Shown here: positions 1 to 10,008 of the stretch, in pieces
Numbering within the stretch: the stretch's first letter is position 1
Layout of the letters: each line of letters begins with the position of its first letter
From: Pseudomonadota bacterium
GTDB taxonomy: Bacteria; Pseudomonadota; Gammaproteobacteria; Xanthomonadales; Xanthomonadaceae
Direction of reading: 5' to 3'
Length of the DNA stretch: 64,000 nt
NCBI GenBank assembly: GCA_018242465.1
Contig: JAFEBY010000064.1
Location: 426-64,425, forward strand
Position numbers and translations under genes: made by a program
The notes under the pieces: model-generated
Database searches by the model: none
Seen by the model: only the letters and a program-made list of their open reading frames with translations
What the model was told of the DNA's origin: nothing

Positions 1-1
1 C

Positions 2-616
2 CTCGGTCGCAAGCTGGCCAAGCTGCATCGCGTCCATGATGCGATCGCCGCGGAAGGCGGTGACGTCGCCATCTATCCGATGGATCTCGAAGGCGCCAGT
101 CCCGACGATCATCTCGAGCTCGCGGAAAAAATAGACAGCGAATTCGGTCGCCTCGACGGCCTGCTGCATTGCGCCGCGCACTTCAGCGCATTGACGCCGT
201 TCCCGCACAGCGATCCCGCCGACATCGCCCGCGCGCTGCACGTCAACGCGACGGCGCCGGCATGGCTGACCATGGCCTGCCTGCCGGTGATGCAGAAATC
301 TCAGGATGCGGCCGCGGTGTTCGTGGTTGATGCGCCAGAACGTTGCGAACGCCCATTCTGGGGCGGCTACGGCATGGCGAACCCGGCGCGTCGCGCGCTG
401 GTGCCGATGCTGGCCGGCGAGTTCGTGCCGGAATCGCCGATTCGCATCCATGGCCTGCAACCCGGGCCGATGAAGACCGAATTGCGCGGGCGCGCCTGGA
501 TGGAGGATTTCGATCCGTCCGTCCGCCTGCCAGCGGCGTATGCGCTGGCCTGCGTCGAGCTGCTGTCGTCCGCGGGGCGCCCGTTCACCGGCCAGATCCG
601 GGTCGTGCAGGCATGA
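2..616 (+). CDS. YciK-like short-chain dehydrogenase/reductase (5' truncated by window edge)
   Basis: Frame open from position 2 (LGRKLAKL...). SDR elements: GRLDGLLHCAA, VNATAP, WGGYG, PGPMKTELR. Confidence 0.8.
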   Translation, partial: LGRKLAKLHRVHDAIAAEGGDVAIYPMDLEGASPDDHLELAEKIDSEFGRLDGLLHCAAHFSALTPFPHSDPADIARALHVNATAPAWLTMACLPVMQKSQDAAAVFVVDAPERCERPFWGGYGMANPARRALVPMLAGEFVPESPIRIHGLQPGPMKTELRGRAWMEDFDPSVRLPAAYALACVELLSSAGRPFTGQIRVVQA

Positions 617-1212
617 CGCTCGCTTCCGCAGCATTGATGCTGTTCCTGATCCTCGACCCGCTGGGCAATGTCCCCGTGGTGCTGGGACTGCTGCGGCCCC
701 TGCCTCGGGAGCGCCGACGGACCGTTCTGGTCCGGGAAATGCTGATCGCACTCGGTGTGCTGATGGTCTTCCTGTGGATCGGCCCCTCGGTGCTGCGATT
801 GATGCACCTCGACCAGCAAGCGGTCTCGATCGCCGGCGGCATCATCCTGTTCCTGATCGGCATCCGCATGATCTTCCCGGTTCCCGAAGGAATCATGGGC
901 GAACTGCCAGACGGTGAGCCATTCATTGTCCCGATCGCCGTGCCGATGGTGGCGGGCCCCTCGGGGATGGCGGCAGTCATGCTGCTGGGCACCGAGGATC
1001 CCGCCCATCAGCTGCAGTGGAGCTTGGCCCTGCTGCTGGCCTGGGGCGGAACAGCGGTCATCCTGCTGTCATCTACCCTTCTTTATCGCCTGTTGGGCAT
1101 GCGCGTGCTGACCGCTGTCGAGCGCCTGATGGGCATGCTGCTGGTGGCTATTTCCGTGCAGATGTGTCTGGACGGCATCCGTCAATACCTGGGTGCGGCC
1201 ACCGGGGGCTGA
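613..1212 (+). CDS. MarC family inner-membrane protein
   Basis: ATG at 613 overlaps the upstream stop. Motifs LFLILDPLGNVP, IAGGIILFLIG, VPIAVPMVAGP, ERLMGMLL. Confidence 0.9.
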   Translation: MTLASAALMLFLILDPLGNVPVVLGLLRPLPRERRRTVLVREMLIALGVLMVFLWIGPSVLRLMHLDQQAVSIAGGIILFLIGIRMIFPVPEGIMGELPDGEPFIVPIAVPMVAGPSGMAAVMLLGTEDPAHQLQWSLALLLAWGGTAVILLSSTLLYRLLGMRVLTAVERLMGMLLVAISVQMCLDGIRQYLGAATGG

Positions 1213-1385
1213 TCCTGTGCGAGCCGTCGGATATCCGGCAAGTCGTTGACACGGCACTGTCATGCCGGTCACCTAAGGTTTAACATGTCGTTAACCCTGC
1301 TGCCTGCCTGGGGAGAGCCCCCTGCATGCCTGCGGGATGTGGCGCGTCTACTCAATTCATGAATCGATTCCCAAGGGGGAACTGC

Positions 1386-4300
1386 ATGTCGTCTTCCAAT
1401 CTCCGACTGTCGAAACTGAGCCTCGGTCTGTTCGCCGCGCTGGCGGTTGCGCCAGTGTTTGCGCAGAGCACCGGTGCCGGCATCGCCGGCCGCATCACCA
1501 CGGGCAATGGCCAGCCGGTTGCTGGTGCTGAAGTGACCATCACCCACGTCGAATCGGGTACGAACAGCCGTACCGTCACCGATGCCAATGGCCGTTACAA
1601 CGCCACCGGCCTGCGTCCGGGTGGTCCGTACACCGTGAAGGTGCATTCCTCGGCAGGCGACAAGTCGCAGAGCGGCGTATTCCTGGTCCTGAACAACGTG
1701 TCCCAGGTGGACGAGACGGTTGGGGCAACTGCCAGCGACCTCGGCATGGTGACCGTGACCGGTCGCGCCAATGCCGATCTGTTCAATTCGGACAAGAAGG
1801 GCTTGGGCACCAATATCGCTGGCCGCAAGCTGGAGACCACTCCGTCCGGCAACCGTTCGATCGACGATATCGCGCGCCTCGATCCGCGCATCACGGTCAC
1901 CGACCAGAATGACGGCTCGATTTCCGTCGCCGGCCAGAACAATCGTTACAACAACATCACCGTCGACGGCCTGTCGCAGAATGATCCGTTCGGCCTGAAC
2001 GCCAATGGCCTGCCGTACACCAGCTCGCCGATTTCGCCGGACACCATCGCGGCCTACAACATCTCGACCACCGACTTCGACGCCGGTTCGGATACCGTCG
2101 GCGCCAACATCAATGCGGTCACCAAGTCGGGCACCAACAAGTTCCACGGTTCGGTGTATTACGCATTCAAGAACGCCAACAGCATGGTCGGTCGCCTGGG
2201 CGGCCCCGCTTACACCGGCTTCGACAAGGACAAGACCTTTGGCGTGACCTTCGGCGGCCCGATCATCAAGGATCGCCTGTTCTTCTTCGCGTCGTACGAA
2301 AACCAGAAGGTCACCGGTATTTCCGGCGTCGGCAGCGATGCCATCACCACCGGCAAGCTCACCACCCAGCAGGTGAACGACGTCGCCAATGCCTTCCAGC
2401 AGATCGGCATCCAGGCCGGCACCTATGGCAATGCAGCCGCAATTCTGCAGGACAAGCGCTACCTGGCCAAGCTGGACTGGAACATCAACGACAAGCATCG
2501 TGCAGCACTGACCTTCCAGCGGACCCAGGAAAGCCTGCCGTCGCCGTACAGCTCGTACGTCAAGGACACCTCCGTCATCCTGCCGAGCAACTGGTACACC
2601 TCTGTCAGCAAGACCGACAACTATTCGTTGCAGCTGTTCAGTGACTGGAGCGACAACTTCAGCACTGAAGCCAAGATCGGCTACCAGAAGTTCCACAGCG
2701 AGGCAGGCGCGGCCGTCAACCAGCCGGAAGTGTTCGCCTGCTTCACCGCGGTCGCCAGCCAGTGCGCCAACTATGCGCCGAACTCGTCCGCCAACTGGGT
2801 CATCGCAGGCGAAGATCGCTATCGCCACGCCAACTGGATCACCAGCAAGCGCATCAATGCCACGTTCTCCGGCACGTACCATGCCAGCAACCACGTCATC
2901 AAGGGCGGTGTCGATTACCTGAGCAATGAAGTCGCCGATCTGTTTGGCTCGTTGCTGAACGGTTCGTACGGGTTCTACGACAAGAATGGCAACGGCTCCG
3001 TCGTCGACGAAATCCTTGCCAAGAACTACGCCACCTTCGTCAAGAATTACCTGCCGACGGGCGTTACCCAGGACCAGATGGCGGGTAGCTGGAAATACAC
3101 CCAGATCAGTCCCTTCATCCAGGACACCTGGCAGGCCACCGATCGCCTGTCGCTGACTTTCGGTCTGCGCGTCGACCTGCCGAAGGCCAATCATGCGCCG
3201 CCGGCCGCGGTTGAAAGTTCGACGAATACGCCTCCGGGCACCACTGCAGGTGCGCCCGTGTGGGCAAGCCGCTTCGGATATCCGAGCACCACCACACTGG
3301 GTAGCAAGAACAAGGTGGTCGAGCCGCGCTTCGCCTTCAATTACCAGCTCGATACCAAGCGCCCGACGCAGTTGCGCGGCGGCATCGGCCTGTTCCAGTC
3401 CACTCCGCCCTACGTGTGGTTGACCAATCCCTATGTGAACAACGGGGTGGTGGGATCGAAGGGCTACAGCGGAACCAACCCGGTCGCCGATCCCTTCAAC
3501 CCCGATCCGAACCATCAGCCGGGCCCGAACACCGCGGTGGCCGGTACCTGCGCGGCCAACGCGAACTGCCAGATCGACGTGCTCGATCCGAACTTCAAGA
3601 TGCCGACCGTGTGGAAGGCGACGCTGGCGTTCGACACCGTGCTGCCGATCTTCGACATCGTGGCATCGGTTGAAGTCCAGCACCTTCAGAACAAAAATGC
3701 GATCGCCTACATCGCGCCCAACCTCGGCGTGGCGAATGGCACCTTGCCGGACGGTCGCCTCTCGTACTGGAAGAGCTATCCGAACGCCAGTCCGACCCAG
3801 ATCGGCAGTGGCCAGAACAACGGTTCGTTCCCGGAGATCTATTACCGCTCGACCTTGCTGACCAATACCAACAAGGGCAAGTCGGACGCGATCACGGTGG
3901 CGTTGAGCAAGACGATGGCCTATGGCCTGAGCGCCAACTTCAGCGCCACCTTCACCCATGCGACTGAAGTCAACCCGGGCACCAGCGCCCAGGCATGGTC
4001 GAACTTCAATTACGTGGCCTACGCCAACCCCAACCAGACTGATGTCGCGGATGCCAGGTTGCAGGTCCGTCGCTCGTTCAAGCTCGGCCTGAACTGGGAT
4101 CATGCCTTCTTCGGCAACTACAAGACCACGATCTCGGCGTTCTATAACGGCCGCAGCGGCCAGCCGTACAGCTGGACCTTCGGCAACGACGTCAACGGCG
4201 ACAACATCGCCAACGTGGACCTGGCCTACATTCCGCTGCGCAACGACCCGAAGGTGACCTATGCCCCGGGCACGACGCAGGCACAGATCGATGCGTTCCA

Positions 4301-4700
4301 GAATTTCATCGACCAGAACCCGTACCTGGCCAACAACCGCGGCAAGATCGCCGGACGCAATGCCAGCAGGCAGCCGTGGATCAACCAGCTCGACCTCGGC
4401 ATCCAGCAGGAGTTCCCGGGCTTCTTCAAGGGCCACAAGTCGGTCGTGCGTCTCGATATCTACAACTTCTTGAACATGCTCAACAAGAAGTGGGGTGAAC
4501 AGAACACGATCGGTTGGTTCGGCACTCGCCGTCTGGCCAGCGTCGCCGATGTCGCCAACGGCCAGTATGTTTACAGCATCTACGATGCGAGGACCGGCCA
4601 GCCGAATTGGCAGAGCATGGGCATCTACGACAGTTACAAGAACCCGTCGCGCGTTGTCTCGCGCTGGTCGGTGCTGGCGACGCTCAAGTACCAGTTCTGA
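1386..4700 (+). CDS. oar: Oar-like TonB-dependent outer-membrane receptor with N-terminal carboxypeptidase-regulatory-like domain
   Basis: Signal peptide, TDANGRY...GLRPGGPYTV, DGLSQNDPFGL, NAVTKSGTNKFHGS, C-terminal aromatic YQF. Confidence 0.9.
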   Translation: MSSSNLRLSKLSLGLFAALAVAPVFAQSTGAGIAGRITTGNGQPVAGAEVTITHVESGTNSRTVTDANGRYNATGLRPGGPYTVKVHSSAGDKSQSGVFLVLNNVSQVDETVGATASDLGMVTVTGRANADLFNSDKKGLGTNIAGRKLETTPSGNRSIDDIARLDPRITVTDQNDGSISVAGQNNRYNNITVDGLSQNDPFGLNANGLPYTSSPISPDTIAAYNISTTDFDAGSDTVGANINAVTKSGTNKFHGSVYYAFKNANSMVGRLGGPAYTGFDKDKTFGVTFGGPIIKDRLFFFASYENQKVTGISGVGSDAITTGKLTTQQVNDVANAFQQIGIQAGTYGNAAAILQDKRYLAKLDWNINDKHRAALTFQRTQESLPSPYSSYVKDTSVILPSNWYTSVSKTDNYSLQLFSDWSDNFSTEAKIGYQKFHSEAGAAVNQPEVFACFTAVASQCANYAPNSSANWVIAGEDRYRHANWITSKRINATFSGTYHASNHVIKGGVDYLSNEVADLFGSLLNGSYGFYDKNGNGSVVDEILAKNYATFVKNYLPTGVTQDQMAGSWKYTQISPFIQDTWQATDRLSLTFGLRVDLPKANHAPPAAVESSTNTPPGTTAGAPVWASRFGYPSTTTLGSKNKVVEPRFAFNYQLDTKRPTQLRGGIGLFQSTPPYVWLTNPYVNNGVVGSKGYSGTNPVADPFNPDPNHQPGPNTAVAGTCAANANCQIDVLDPNFKMPTVWKATLAFDTVLPIFDIVASVEVQHLQNKNAIAYIAPNLGVANGTLPDGRLSYWKSYPNASPTQIGSGQNNGSFPEIYYRSTLLTNTNKGKSDAITVALSKTMAYGLSANFSATFTHATEVNPGTSAQAWSNFNYVAYANPNQTDVADARLQVRRSFKLGLNWDHAFFGNYKTTISAFYNGRSGQPYSWTFGNDVNGDNIANVDLAYIPLRNDPKVTYAPGTTQAQIDAFQNFIDQNPYLANNRGKIAGRNASRQPWINQLDLGIQQEFPGFFKGHKSVVRLDIYNFLNMLNKKWGEQNTIGWFGTRRLASVADVANGQYVYSIYDARTGQPNWQSMGIYDSYKNPSRVVSRWSVLATLKYQF

Positions 4701-4723
4701 TCCATCGCAGCACCTGCAACACC

Positions 4724-4758
4724 ACGAAGGCCGGGGCGACCCGGCCTTCGTTTTTTTT
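4724..4758 (+). terminator. Intrinsic terminator after oar
   Basis: ACGAAGGCCGG-GGCGAC-CCGGCCTTCGT stem-loop followed by a T run. Confidence 0.85.
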
Positions 4759-4807
4759 CCGGCCGGGCGTGAGCGTGGGCGTGCGGAAGGGCGCTAGAAT
4801 CGGATGG

Positions 4808-6232
4808 ATGAATCAGACGACTTGTTCCCCGGCTGGATCGCCGACCGATCCCGAACCCCTAGAGGGCCAATCCAACGCCACCGTCGATGCCAGCCTGTAC
4901 CCCAAGGGCAGCCTCGACATCCTTTCCCGCGAGGAAGTCGCGCGCCTGCGCGATGCCTCCGCCGGCGGCATGCACGACCTCTTGCGCAAATGCGCATTGG
5001 CGGTGCTGACCAGCGGCAGCGCCTCCGACGATCCGCACCTGGCCAGCCGCAAATACGCGGATTTCGACATCCAGGTCCAGCAGCAGGACCGCGGTGTCCG
5101 CATCGAACTGAAAAATGCGCCGGCGATGGCCTTCGTCGATGGCCAGATCATCCGCGGCGTCGCCGACCTGTTGTTCTCGGTGGTGCGCGACATCGCATGG
5201 ATGGCGATGGAAATGGGGCCGGAAGACGCGAAGGCGTTGGAGACCTCCGCAGACATCACCGATGCGGTGTTCCGCCTGCTGCGCCATGCGCGCATGCTCC
5301 GCCACGGCGATCCCAACCTGGTGGTGTGCTGGGGCGGCCACTCGATCAGTCGCGAGGAATATCTCTACACCAAGGAAGTCGGCTACGAACTGGGCCTGCG
5401 CGGACTCGACATCTGTACTGGCTGCGGTCCCGGCGCGATGAAGGGACCGATGAAGGGCGCGACCATCGCCCACGCCAAGCAGCGCAGGACCAATCCGCGT
5501 TACATCGGCATCACCGAGCCCGGCATCATCGCCGCGGAATCGCCGAACCCGATCGTCAACAACCTGATGATCATGCCGGATATCGAGAAGCGCCTCGAAG
5601 CCTTCGTCCGCGTTGCCCACGGCATCATCGTGTTCCCGGGCGGTGCCGGCACCGCTGAGGAAATCCTCTATTTGCTGGGCGTACTGTTGCGCGAGGAAAA
5701 CGCGAAGCTGCCGTTCCCGATGATCCTGACCGGCCCGAAGGATTCCTCCGCGTATTTCGAGGAGATCGATCGCTTCATTCGTCTCACGCTGGGCGAAGAG
5801 GCAACCAAGCATTACCAGATCATCGTCGATGATCCGGTGGAAGTCGCGCGGACGATGATCGCCGGCATCCGCAAGGTGCGCGAATACCGCATCGAGCATC
5901 GCGACTCGTTCTACTTCAACTGGGCCCTCGACATCCCGCTCGACCTGCAACGCCCGTTCGACCCGACGCACGAGGCGATGGCCGCGCTCGATTTGCACCA
6001 TGGCCGGCGTCCGCAGGATCTCGCGGCAGACCTGCGTCGTGCGTTCTCGGGGATTGTGGCTGGCAACGTCAAGGAAGCCGGCGTGCATCGCATCCAGGAG
6101 CACGGACCGTTCGAAATCCACGGGGATCCCGACATCATGGCTGCGCTCGATGACATGTTGCGCAGCTTCGTCGACCAGCGACGCATGAAGATCTCGGGTG
6201 AATACAACCCGTGCTACAAGGTCATCCGCTGA
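4808..6232 (+). CDS. ppnN: Nucleotide 5'-monophosphate nucleosidase PpnN (LOG family)
   Basis: VVCWGGHSI, TGCGPGAMKGPMKGA, PDIEKRLEAFVR, PGGAGTAEE, LRRAFSGIVAGNVK. Start codon uncertain. Confidence 0.9.
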   Translation: MNQTTCSPAGSPTDPEPLEGQSNATVDASLYPKGSLDILSREEVARLRDASAGGMHDLLRKCALAVLTSGSASDDPHLASRKYADFDIQVQQQDRGVRIELKNAPAMAFVDGQIIRGVADLLFSVVRDIAWMAMEMGPEDAKALETSADITDAVFRLLRHARMLRHGDPNLVVCWGGHSISREEYLYTKEVGYELGLRGLDICTGCGPGAMKGPMKGATIAHAKQRRTNPRYIGITEPGIIAAESPNPIVNNLMIMPDIEKRLEAFVRVAHGIIVFPGGAGTAEEILYLLGVLLREENAKLPFPMILTGPKDSSAYFEEIDRFIRLTLGEEATKHYQIIVDDPVEVARTMIAGIRKVREYRIEHRDSFYFNWALDIPLDLQRPFDPTHEAMAALDLHHGRRPQDLAADLRRAFSGIVAGNVKEAGVHRIQEHGPFEIHGDPDIMAALDDMLRSFVDQRRMKISGEYNPCYKVIR

Positions 6233-7262
6233 GCGGCGACGCGGGAAGCGAAATCCGCACGCGGGCAACATAGCGGTCGCCTTCGACGCCTGCATCGAAA
6301 CTGCCGCCTGCCTCGCGCAGGCGTGCAGCGACCGCCGCCTGTCCGACGCGATGGCCGCGATCTGCGCGTTGCGATGGCAGGTCGGGCAGGGGATTGCCGA
6401 CCTCGACCACGATGTCGTGATTGTCCCGGGCGATGCGGACGGTCACCTGCCCGCCTTCCACCCGCGGTTCGATGCCATGGTGGATCGCGTTTTCCACCAG
6501 TGGCTGGATCGAGAGTGCCGGAAGCGGCAGGTGTGGCAGCGCATCGGGTTGATGCCATTCGACTTGCAGGCGTGGGCCGAAACGCAGCTGCTCGATATCG
6601 AGATAGCGCCGGGCGAGATCGAGTTCATCCGCCAACGTGATCGTGCGCGGACCGGAGAGTGCCGCGCGGAACAGATCGGAGAGATCGAGCAGCAATTGTT
6701 CGGCAGCATCGGGGCGGGCATGAAGCAACGCGATGCCGGTATTGAGCGTGTTGAACAGGAAGTGGGGATCGACGCGGGCTTGTAATGCCTGGAGTTCGGC
6801 TTGCTGTACCTGCCATGCCGCGCGTTGTGCGCTCCAGTGGCTGCGCAGCGCCAGCAGGCCGAAGGTCGACATCGCCAGCAGGCAGACATAGAAGCGTAAT
6901 GTGCCGACGAACCATGGCGCGCCCGGGTCAGCCAGAAGATCACCAAACAATGCGCTGGCCCACGCACCCGACAGCAGAGTCACGACGAGCATCAGGGCCA
7001 TGGACAAGGCGATCACGCCACGTGCGCCGAACCCGGTCAGCTGTCGGCGCAACAGATAGAGACCGCCCAGAGTGAACAGCACGATCCATTGCACCGCGAA
7101 CGATGCCAGCCCGAACTTCACCAGCACCGAACCGCTGGCAAGCGGCGATCCGAGGGCGAGGATGATCGCCAGCAATTCGCCGGCGGCAAAGACCGACAGC
7201 AGGGTGGCCGGCTGCCAGAGGATGTCGATCGGGTGTTCACGGGGGTGGGATGTGTGATCCAT
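6222..7262 (-). CDS. FimS/AlgZ-like (LytS-type) sensor histidine kinase
   Basis: Four N-terminal hydrophobic segments, LQARVDPHFLFNTLN, EQLRFGPRL, QPLVENAIHHG. Confidence 0.88.
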   Translation of the reverse strand: MDHTSHPREHPIDILWQPATLLSVFAAGELLAIILALGSPLASGSVLVKFGLASFAVQWIVLFTLGGLYLLRRQLTGFGARGVIALSMALMLVVTLLSGAWASALFGDLLADPGAPWFVGTLRFYVCLLAMSTFGLLALRSHWSAQRAAWQVQQAELQALQARVDPHFLFNTLNTGIALLHARPDAAEQLLLDLSDLFRAALSGPRTITLADELDLARRYLDIEQLRFGPRLQVEWHQPDALPHLPLPALSIQPLVENAIHHGIEPRVEGGQVTVRIARDNHDIVVEVGNPLPDLPSQRADRGHRVGQAAVAARLREAGGSFDAGVEGDRYVARVRISLPASPLSG

Positions 7263-7396
7263 GCCCCATGCTACGACGCCGGGGCCGCCGTTCGGGGACT
7301 TGCCGCCGCCGCTTGTCGGTCAGTGGTGGATCCGGTTGCCGGAGGGATTACTGTGTCCCCGGTAGAAAAGGGGCTGGTGTCGGAATGGGGCGAGGA

Positions 7397-7936
7397 ATGA
7401 CCAAGTCGGGCGAACGGGGCTTCACTGTCATCGAGTTGATGGTGACGGTGGCGATCATCGCGATCATTGCGGCGATCGCGGCGCCGAGTTTCACCAATCT
7501 CATTCGCAGCAACCGGGTGACGTCCGCAGGGAACGAACTGGTGGCGTTGCTGCAAATCGCACGATCGGAAGCCATCAGCAATCGAGCGACTGCCACAGTC
7601 TGCCCGAGCGCTGATGGCAACACCTGTGCTGCTGCAGCCGGAAATCGCTGGATTGCCATCGTGACCAAGAATGGAGCGCCGACCGTCTTGCGCGATTCCA
7701 CCTTGTCCAGTGGGGTGACGGTGACGCCCAGCACCAACCTGTCCGTTGCCAACAATGTATTCACATTCAGCCCCAATGGATTTTCTGCAGTCGGTACCAA
7801 CGTCAGCGGTACCGTCGGGATATGCGTTGGCGCGCTTTCAGGCCAGAACGACATCGACGTGAGCGCCAGCGTCGGGCGTATCAGCACGGCTCGGCGTGCC
7901 GCCACCTCGGGGTGCGGCGCGCCTGCCGACAATTGA
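7397..7936 (+). CDS. fimT: Type IV minor pilin FimT/FimU (GspH/FimT family)
   Basis: GAGG RBS, prepilin G|FTVIELMV, ARSEAI, VCPS. Confidence 0.88.
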   Translation: MTKSGERGFTVIELMVTVAIIAIIAAIAAPSFTNLIRSNRVTSAGNELVALLQIARSEAISNRATATVCPSADGNTCAAAAGNRWIAIVTKNGAPTVLRDSTLSSGVTVTPSTNLSVANNVFTFSPNGFSAVGTNVSGTVGICVGALSGQNDIDVSASVGRISTARRAATSGCGAPADN

Positions 7937-7940
7937 GACG

Positions 7941-8390
7941 ATGATGAAACAGATTATTCAATTCCATGGTCGCGACACCCAGCAAGGCGTCGGCATGCTT
8001 GAAGTGATGATCGCGGTGCTCGTGCTTGCGATCGGAATCCTCGGCATCGCGGCGCTCCAGTCGATCACATTGAAAAACACCGGTAGTTCGGCGGCGCGCA
8101 CGCAGGCGGCGATCCAGATCTATTCGATGATGGACATCATTCGCGCCGATCGCAGCAATATCGCCACGTACAACACCAATATCTATACCGCCGGCACTGG
8201 TACGGGCACGCCGGGAACCATGCAGGGTTGGCTGGACGGGTTGCAGACTTCAGTAGCCCCGGATGCCAAGGGCAAGGTGACCTGCGACGGCAATACCTTT
8301 ATTTGCAGCGTTGGCGTGCAGTGGGATGACTCGCGCGCCACCGGCGGCAACAGTGCTCCGGTCGAAATCAACATCACGAGCCAGCTATGA
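7941..8390 (+). CDS. pilV: Type IV minor pilin PilV
   Basis: G|VGMLEVMIAVLVLAIGILGIAALQ, RTQA, VQWDDSRA; position in operon. Confidence 0.9.
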   Translation: MMKQIIQFHGRDTQQGVGMLEVMIAVLVLAIGILGIAALQSITLKNTGSSAARTQAAIQIYSMMDIIRADRSNIATYNTNIYTAGTGTGTPGTMQGWLDGLQTSVAPDAKGKVTCDGNTFICSVGVQWDDSRATGGNSAPVEINITSQL

Positions 8391-9454
8391 CGCATACGCA
8401 ACGCCAGAATATTCACGCGCAACGCGGCTTCACGCTGATCGAGCTGATGGTCGCGCTGGTGCTTGGCCTGTTGGTGATCGGGGCCGCAGGCGGGATTTTC
8501 CTGCAGAATCGCCGCGTCTACGGCTCGACTGAAGCGATCAACCGCATCCAGGAAAACCAGCGCAGCGCATTCGAATTGTTGACGCGGGATGTCCGTGAAG
8601 TCGCAGGCAATCCGTGCGTAAAATTTTCCAGCATGCCGATCAACATGCTGATCAAGGCGCCCGATGCCACCTTCTGGACGCGTTTCCCGGCAGGCGTGTT
8701 CGGGGCGGATGGAACCGGTGCAAACGGGTCGGATGCCGTCACGCTGTATTCGGGAAGCAGCAGGGTTTTCAATGTTTCGCTACAAAAGAGACCAATTGAT
8801 CCCATCACGGTCGTCAATCCCGCGGGAACGGGGACGGCGGGTTTGGCTCCTGGGCAGCCGCTGCTGATTTGTGACGCAGACCATGCGACTGCCTTCACGG
8901 CCACGAGCATTACCCCCAGTGGATCCACGATCGCGATTGCGCATGACACCACCGGAAATTGCGATGGCAACCTGCAGGTGTTTCCGGATGGCAAGCCATA
9001 TCCGCCATGCGGTGGAGTGTCGTATTGCTTCTCCCTCGGAGTGAAACCGGGAACCCCGCCAACCGCAACGGACATCTCAAACTGTCCCGCCGGGATTTCA
9101 ATTGGACCTTCGTATGTGGTCGTGCCTGCTGACGCGCAGTGGACGGTGGGAGCCAACGGCCGGAATGGAAACTCCCTGTACCGAACATCGATGGGCAACC
9201 GCAGCGAGATCGCGGAAGGCGTGACCAGCATGAACATCGGGTACAAGATCGACCCGACCGGCGGCTACGTCAATGCCGCCGCTGTTACTGCCGCCAATGC
9301 TTGGCCTCAAGTGCTGGCAGTGCATGTCTCGGTCACCTTCCAGGCGGTCCAGGGCGCCTTGACGCAGAGTGACACCACGGGGACCAGCAACGCTGTATTG
9401 ACGCGCACGCTGGATGACTACATCGCGCTCAGGAACCATCAGACCATCCAATGA
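8387..9454 (+). CDS. pilW: Type IV minor pilin PilW
   Basis: G|FTLIELMVALVLGL, RIQEN.R.A, EIAEGV, C-terminal IALRN; ATGA overlaps. Confidence 0.9.
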   Translation: MTHTQRQNIHAQRGFTLIELMVALVLGLLVIGAAGGIFLQNRRVYGSTEAINRIQENQRSAFELLTRDVREVAGNPCVKFSSMPINMLIKAPDATFWTRFPAGVFGADGTGANGSDAVTLYSGSSRVFNVSLQKRPIDPITVVNPAGTGTAGLAPGQPLLICDADHATAFTATSITPSGSTIAIAHDTTGNCDGNLQVFPDGKPYPPCGGVSYCFSLGVKPGTPPTATDISNCPAGISIGPSYVVVPADAQWTVGANGRNGNSLYRTSMGNRSEIAEGVTSMNIGYKIDPTGGYVNAAAVTAANAWPQVLAVHVSVTFQAVQGALTQSDTTGTSNAVLTRTLDDYIALRNHQTIQ

Positions 9455-10008
9455 AGACCAAGTCCTCGATCCATCTTCCGTTACGAGCGAACCAGTCGGG
9501 TGCCGCCCTGATCGTTGTCCTGCTGTTGCTCATCATCATCACGCTGCTCGGGCTGGCCGCGATGCGCGGAGCGATCATGCAGGAGCGGATGGCGGCGAAT
9601 ACCACCGGGCGCAGCGCAGCATTCCAGGCAGCCGAAGCAGGACTGCGCCAGGCGGAGCGCGCCGTGCACGACAGCAATTACACCACTCCTTTCGCGGATG
9701 GATGCAGCAATGGCCTGTGCAGCATGCCATATGGCGCGACGTCCCCAGTCGACAATGGCAAGGCATCCGTGTTTTTTACCGGAAGCAACGGATACCGTAC
9801 GGGAACCCCGGTGCAAACCAGTTTCGGCAGCATCACGCCGAAGTACATCATCGAGGATTTCGGGCAGGCCAACGGATCGAATAGCCAACCGGTTGACCAG
9901 TTGAAGGCTTCACCGCCTTCGTTGATCCAGAACGTATTTCGCATCACCTCCTACGCTTCGACCCCCAGTGGCGTCGAAGTCATCCTGCAATCGCAGTACC
10001 GGCGCTGA
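9451..10008 (+). CDS. pilX: Type IV minor pilin PilX
   Basis: QSG|AALIVVLLLL (no Glu5), QERMAAN, AFQAAEAGLR, YIIE, FRIT, LQS.Y. Confidence 0.9.
   Translation: MKTKSSIHLPLRANQSGAALIVVLLLLIIITLLGLAAMRGAIMQERMAANTTGRSAAFQAAEAGLRQAERAVHDSNYTTPFADGCSNGLCSMPYGATSPVDNGKASVFFTGSNGYRTGTPVQTSFGSITPKYIIEDFGQANGSNSQPVDQLKASPPSLIQNVFRITSYASTPSGVEVILQSQYRR

Noticed and set aside
1269-4436. 1055-aa antisense ORF
   Set aside because: Shadow of the oar gene caused by high-GC codon bias; no recognisable motifs.
4859-6295. 478-aa antisense ORF
   Set aside because: Shadow of ppnN.
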